A stretch of 64,000 nt of DNA from Eledone cirrhosa (Eukaryota). The notes beneath the pieces were generated by a model that saw only the letters and a list, made by a program, of their open reading frames with translations, ran no database searches and was not told the DNA's origin. Shown here piece after piece: positions 58,145-64,000 of this stretch. The position numbers and the translations under genes are program-made. Numbering within the stretch: the stretch's first letter is position 1; each line of letters begins with the position of its first letter. The stretch is from the NCBI GenBank assembly GCA_964016885.1, contig OZ024740.1, forward strand, positions 230,144,001 through 230,208,000. Reading direction: 5' to 3'.

Positions 58145-59179
58145 TTAGGGAGAAGTGTTTAGACGGGGTCCGTATTTGTTAATGAAGTAAGATTCCTTGC
58201 TGATGCGCTGGGTGTGGGTGGCATTATCTTTAAATTTGTAGAGGGGAAAGATTCTGAAGTTGGGATGATTTTGGACGGCACAGGTGTCAATGTGTTCACT
58301 CAGTGGTATTTTCCTGTATTCCCGTATTTTAATTTGGGATCTATGGACAGTCATGCGTTGGCGGAGGCTGTTTTTGGTCTGGCCTATGTATTGTTCTCGA
58401 CAACCTGAACAAGTTAATACATATATTAGATTTTCCGATGCACATGTGAAATTGTGTTTTACTATAAAACGTTGTCCATCTTTGAAATAGAATTCCGAAC
58501 CCTCTATTAGGTTGATGCAAATGCCACAGTTGGGTCTATCGCATTTTTTTACTGTGGGTTTCGTTGTTGTGGTTGGCAGTACTTTGGCATGTGTTAAGAT
58601 GTTTTTCATTGACTTGGATTGTCTTTTGCTCTTTATGATATCGTGTGTTCGTAGAATTTGGTTCATTCTATGGTCCTTTTTCAATACAGGGATGTTCTGG
58701 AGGATGGTGTCAAAGGCCTCATTGTTGAGGGGGTTGTGTGTGGAGATGTATGGAAGAGCTTTTAGTTTTGGTTGATTTACTTTAGGGTGTCTAAGGTCCT
58801 GGGTACTGAGTTTTAGGGCACGTTGGATTCCATTGTCAATTAGTGATGCAGGGTAGTCCCTGCCTATGAGTGTGTCCTTTAGTTCTTGTAGCCGTAAGTA
58901 GCAGATGTTTTTATTGGAGACTATAGTACAGATTCTCTTGGCTAAGTTGTAGGGAATATTAATTTTAACGTGTCTAGGGTGGCAAGAGTTGAAGGGGAGA
59001 TATTGCTTGGAGTCTGTGGGCTTGTAGTATATGTCTGTTTCTATTTTTTTGTTATGGATCTTAATGAGGATGTCGAGGAAGGGGAGTTGTTGATGGCTGT
59101 ATTCCATCGTGAAGTTAATATTTGTGTTGAGCCCATTTATAAGGGTGTGAAATTCTTTAAGTTTTTCGATGTTTTCGTG

Positions 59180-59183
<4 letters not shown>
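58145..59183 (-). pseudogene. 5'-truncated PLE (Neptune-like): RT C-terminus, Zn finger and GIY-YIG endonuclease, open frame
   Basis: ORF 58145..59107: LPFLDI, YYKPTD, SCHP, CDRPNCGIC, NLIYVLTCSGCREQYIGQT, LRQRMTVH, ESYFI..PRLN. Confidence 0.9.
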
Positions 59184-59216
<33 letters not shown>

Positions 59217-59220
59217 GTGC

Positions 59221-60111
59221 AGGTAAAATTCCGTTATAACGAATACCATTATAATGAATTTTTCAGTAAAACGAACTTTTTTCAATCTCAGCCACAAGCT
59301 TATTAAAACAACAATAAAAGAATCTCTTTATAACCAAATTCATTACGAATATTTCAGTACAACGATCGAAAATTGAATCACAAGCAGCCAAAAGTCATTG
59401 CTACAACGAAAGAAGTAAATTTCAACGCACTCATTCTCGCAGAATTGTCATCCAACCAAAATACTTGAACACAAAAATGCTGCTTCAAATTCCCCACGTG
59501 GTATTTTTTCAGCTCAATCCAAAATGACTGATTTTTTTTTTCAAAACCGAATTGTTCATATGATTTTTCAACTGATTATTCTTAGATAACAATGCATGAA
59601 TAAAAGTATATTTACGATTTGTGGTTCTTTCTTATTACTCATCATTTAAATTCGTTAATATTCCAAGTAGCAAATGAAAGAAAATTATTCAAAGAACATA
59701 CCTGAAACACACACACACATACATTAATTCATACACACACACACACGCACACACACACACACACACACATACATTAATACATACATACACACACACACAC
59801 ACACATCATTACACACACATATACACACACACACACATAGATTAATACATACACACACACACATACAAGTACGCATATAATATTACTGGAATTCTATAAG
59901 AATCCAGCTTCTATAATTTTCGGCAAAGGCAGGGGAGCGTGTGGTCTTGATAAACATTAACAAACAGACTGTCGATCACTCTCCCTTTGTTTTTGCCGAA
60001 AATAAGTACTTTAAAACTCATAGTCTTCACAATGTTTTTAATTAAACATACAGTATATTGACAAATATACTATACATATGTATGCATCACTATTTCAGAG
60101 CACCAATACTA

Positions 60112-60192
<81 letters not shown>

Positions 60193-60739
60193 ATATATAA
60201 GATCAAAAGATGGTTAAATGAGTTCCATGTATTTTATTATGCGCATTTCAAAAACAAATATCATCATGCAATAACATTTGTGTTTTCATCAGATAAAATA
60301 TGAGGACATGATATGAAGGTTAAAAACACTTGTGGATAGTGCAGTTTTAAATCAACATATGAAAAGTAGTTTTAGATTGATGTGTGATATTGGGGAAAAA
60401 AAATTTTGAGGGCCGTGGGGTGGAAAGGATGATTATCATAACATAAAATACATAGCTAAAAAATAATTTTAAGTTTTTAAGGGGTTTACGCAAGTTATAA
60501 TATGACAGAAAAGAAACGCAAGAAACATGTTTGAACATATTTGAAATATATATTTATATTTTATTGCATGATGCAATCATATTGCAGGTATGTTTTCATA
60601 CATTTATTGTTTAATTTTTAAATACGAGGCAATAACAAACACTCGATTTGTTTCGGTCGATCTCGCTATAAAGAATTTTTCGTAACAACGAATTTTTTTT
60701 TAAACCCCGTGAATTTCGTTAAAGGGAATTTGACTGTAA
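59221..60739. mobile_element. pogo/Tigger-like non-autonomous DNA transposon with nested insertions
   Basis: Imperfect TIRs cag.taaaattccgttataacga / tcgttaaagggaatttgactgta and subterminal taacga repeats. Confidence 0.5.
60232..60298 (-). ncRNA. Minimal type I hammerhead, dispersed copy of the 21.4-kb family
   Basis: Minus strand: ttttat CTGATGA aaacacaaatg...atttgttttt GAAA TGCGCA TA ataaaa. Confidence 0.75.
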
Positions 60740-61001
60740 TATTTCACGGCTAATATTTAGTCCGGCTATCTTAACTTTTACATTCTGCAATGATTTCCTA
60801 TCCTGACAAATTTTCTATGAACGATGTAAGGAAAAAATAAAGGAATATAAAAGTAGTTACCCGGAACCAGCCTATAGTACACACACTTCCCCAAGATGCC
60901 ACGTAACTGGTTTGAACCTAAGACCTGACAGCTATACTTGCAGCCACATATTTACATAATGGAAATATGGAAGGTTAGAATATTAGGAAACTTTCTATAT
61001 A

Positions 61002-61096
<95 letters not shown>

Positions 61097-61161
61097 GGCG
61101 CGAAGAAGAGCATGAAACTTTGCACACACATACACACACACACGTACACACACATAATATG

Positions 61162-61200
<39 letters not shown>

Positions 61201-61202
61201 AT

Positions 61203-61285
<83 letters not shown>

Positions 61286-61314
61286 AGTGTATATGTCTAT
61301 ATGTATATATATAA

Positions 61315-61483
<169 letters not shown>

Positions 61484-62161
61484 TATATACATATATACAT
61501 ATATTTATAGGTCGAAGACTGAATTTTGGAGAACGAAGAATTACAATACAATATTTGAAGAGAAGCAAAAAGCACGTGAGAGTAGACGAGGTGGGAAGGT
61601 GTTGGTTATAATTGAGGTGGGGACGCGGAGATTTTTGGCAATCTACCAATATTTGAAGTTTGTTACAAAAGGTGAACATTGTCAACCAGACGAATGAGTC
61701 ATTAGTTGACGTTCTTTCATATAAATCAATACAGTGGAAATTTAGAAAATTACACAGAACACAATAATGATTCCTGGCATAGGAAGAAGGCCAATTTTTC
61801 AATGAGAGAGCTATATTTCAATTACATTAACAATTTTATATTGCTGTTAACTTGTGGACGCTGGCTTAGCTCTGTGGTTAAAAAACTGTTTCGCAATCTT
61901 GAGGTGTTTGACTTCGATCACTTTACATCGAGGCTGTCGCAGTGGAGATTTCCGGCATTCTTGGCTTCCGGATCATATCCCTGTTCATTACGATAGGAGT
62001 AGAGTTGGTTCCGCGCAGGTGCAATCCCCACGATGGGGAGTGGCCTTTCCAGCGCGTCTGCCTCGTCCTCCTCTAGGGTAATGTCTTCACCAGTCTGGCC
62101 GCCGGCACCACGAGACAGACTGACCTTTAAATTTAATTTATGGTGGCGGCGTATGGATTTC

Positions 62162-62194
<33 letters not shown>

Positions 62195-62509
62195 CATACA
62201 TACATACAGACATACAGACATACATACATACATACATACATACAAAAATGTTGCATCTAATAACTGCATATACACAAGTACAGATACAAAGCACACATAC
62301 AACTCAAAACATACACATCCACACATACAATAACATCCATACCTACACATGCATGCATGCAGACATGCAGACATATCTACCTAGTTGATGTTCTGTAAAT
62401 TCCAATGAGAGAGTCTTGTAACTATGTTAGAAACCGACTCTCTATTGGCAAAAAATTGTGAAATTATAAAACCAGAAGAACATACATACACACGTACATA
62501 CATACATAC

Positions 62510-64000
62510 ATTTGATAGTGTACCTCATGGGTGGATTGTTAAGGCTTTACAGTTAGCCAAAGTCCCACAACCACTGGTAGCTGCTGTTGAACGTCTGACC
62601 AAGAACTGGTACACCAATTTGATGCTTAGAGGTGAGAAGGAGCAGATTAAGACTGATAAGATACATTACCAGAAGGGCATCTTTCAGGGTGATAGCTTGT
62701 CAGTGCTACTCTTCGTTCTCTCACTAAATCCACTATCTTACCTACTCAGGAAACAAGGTGGACAAAGAAGTGGGCCCAGAAGTATCTCCCATCTTTTCTT
62801 TGTTGATGACCTGAAGTTGTATGGGCCAAATATCAATGACATCAAGAAACAATTGGACCTCATTACACAATTTTCAACAGACATCAAAATGAAATTTGGT
62901 AAGTCCAAGTGTGCATATTTGCAGTAAAACGTGGAAGGGCTGTGCTCTCCTCTAGAAATCTAGAGATGAACGGCCTGACAATAAAACCTCTACAGTAAGG
63001 TGACAACTACAGATATCTTGGGCAGGATGAGAATGTCAGATATGATGGATCCATAAATAAGGAGAGAACCAGAACTGAATACCTCAGAAGAGTAAAGAAA
63101 ATATGGTCATCAGAACTGTCAACGTACAACAAATACATTGCCCACAATACTTATGCTGTGCCAATTCTAACGCCAACATTTGGCCTGCTGAACTGGTCAT
63201 TGCAAGAACTAAGTGAGATGGATGTTAGAACTCGCAAACTTCTCAGTGTTACTGGGAACTTTAACATCAATGGTGATGTGGATAGGCTATACTTCTCACG
63301 CAAGGAAGGTGGCCGGGGTCTAAAATCCATATTAACATCATATGAGACCCGGATAGTAACACTGAAGCAACACCTGCAACAGGAAAAAGGTTGGCAACCA
63401 TCTTGTCCAGGTTTATGAGCATGAAAAAAAATATATCATTAGAATAGCGACTGATCTGGAGGAGAGATATGGAATAAAGCCTGATATAAATCTCTCACCC
63501 AGAGAAATCGGAAGATCCTATTCAATGTTCAAACAAGATGAAAAAATTGACCAATTTACAGAGAAAGTTGTGCATGGATACTTGAGACGTAAAACACAGA
63601 CCATAGAGGCGATAAACCACTCAAAAAGCATGGCATGGAGTTCCGACAGGTTTATGACATCACACCTTGAGGGATATCTCTATGCAATATAGGAACAAGA
63701 ACTCCCTACCAAATATCTGCTGCACAAAAGGGGAGGGCCATCAGCTGACAATAAATGTAGGCTATGTAAAACAAAGATTGAGGATGTAAGCCACATTGTT
63801 GCCAGCTGCGAAAGAATGTCATCTCGCTACTACCTCCCCATGAGACACGATGGGATAGCTAGAACCATCTGGAACGCACTTCGGAAAACAAAATTAACAA
63901 CAAACGAGGAGGAATATATTGAGACAGATGGCACTAAGGAATACTGGTGGAACTTGAAAATAAAAACTGCCACCAAATTAAAGCACAACCGGCCTGATAT
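62510..64000 (+). mobile_element. 5'-truncated R4/Dong-like non-LTR retrotransposon, decayed; runs off window end
   Basis: FDSVPH, GIFQGDSLS, HLFFVDDLKLY, YRYLG, GGRGL, CRLC..HIVASC, NRPD; begins right after (CATA)n. Confidence 0.9.

Overview
Repeat-saturated eukaryotic (metazoan) DNA, most consistent with an octopus/coleoid cephalopod genome (inferred from the SINE families and huge TA/CATA/GTT microsatellites). No host protein-coding gene can be firmly called, and almost all long ORFs in the track are microsatellite artefacts. Supported content: (i) three divergent Tx1/L1-type non-LTR retrotransposons in a head-to-tail minus-strand array (1-9667), each bounded by (GATA)n; (ii) two near-identical R4/Dong-like RLE retrotransposon copies in (CATA)n tracts plus an older relic; (iii) an RTE fragment; (iv) several Penelope-like elements (PLEs) with RT/GIY-YIG (Naiad-like and Neptune-like); (v) more than 10 copies of a tRNA-derived SINE, often as A/B subtype pairs; (vi) Tc1/mariner/pogo MITEs. 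The most notable unannotated signal, read by eye, is about 11 complete type I hammerhead ribozyme motifs (CTGANGA...GAAAN..NTH) plus several half or degenerate ones. Many lie in non-coding fold-back (inverted-repeat) elements inserted in (TA)n tracts, two of which carry a hammerhead on each strand. These look like PLE pseudo-LTR derivatives. All structures were identified manually and none was computed or tested.
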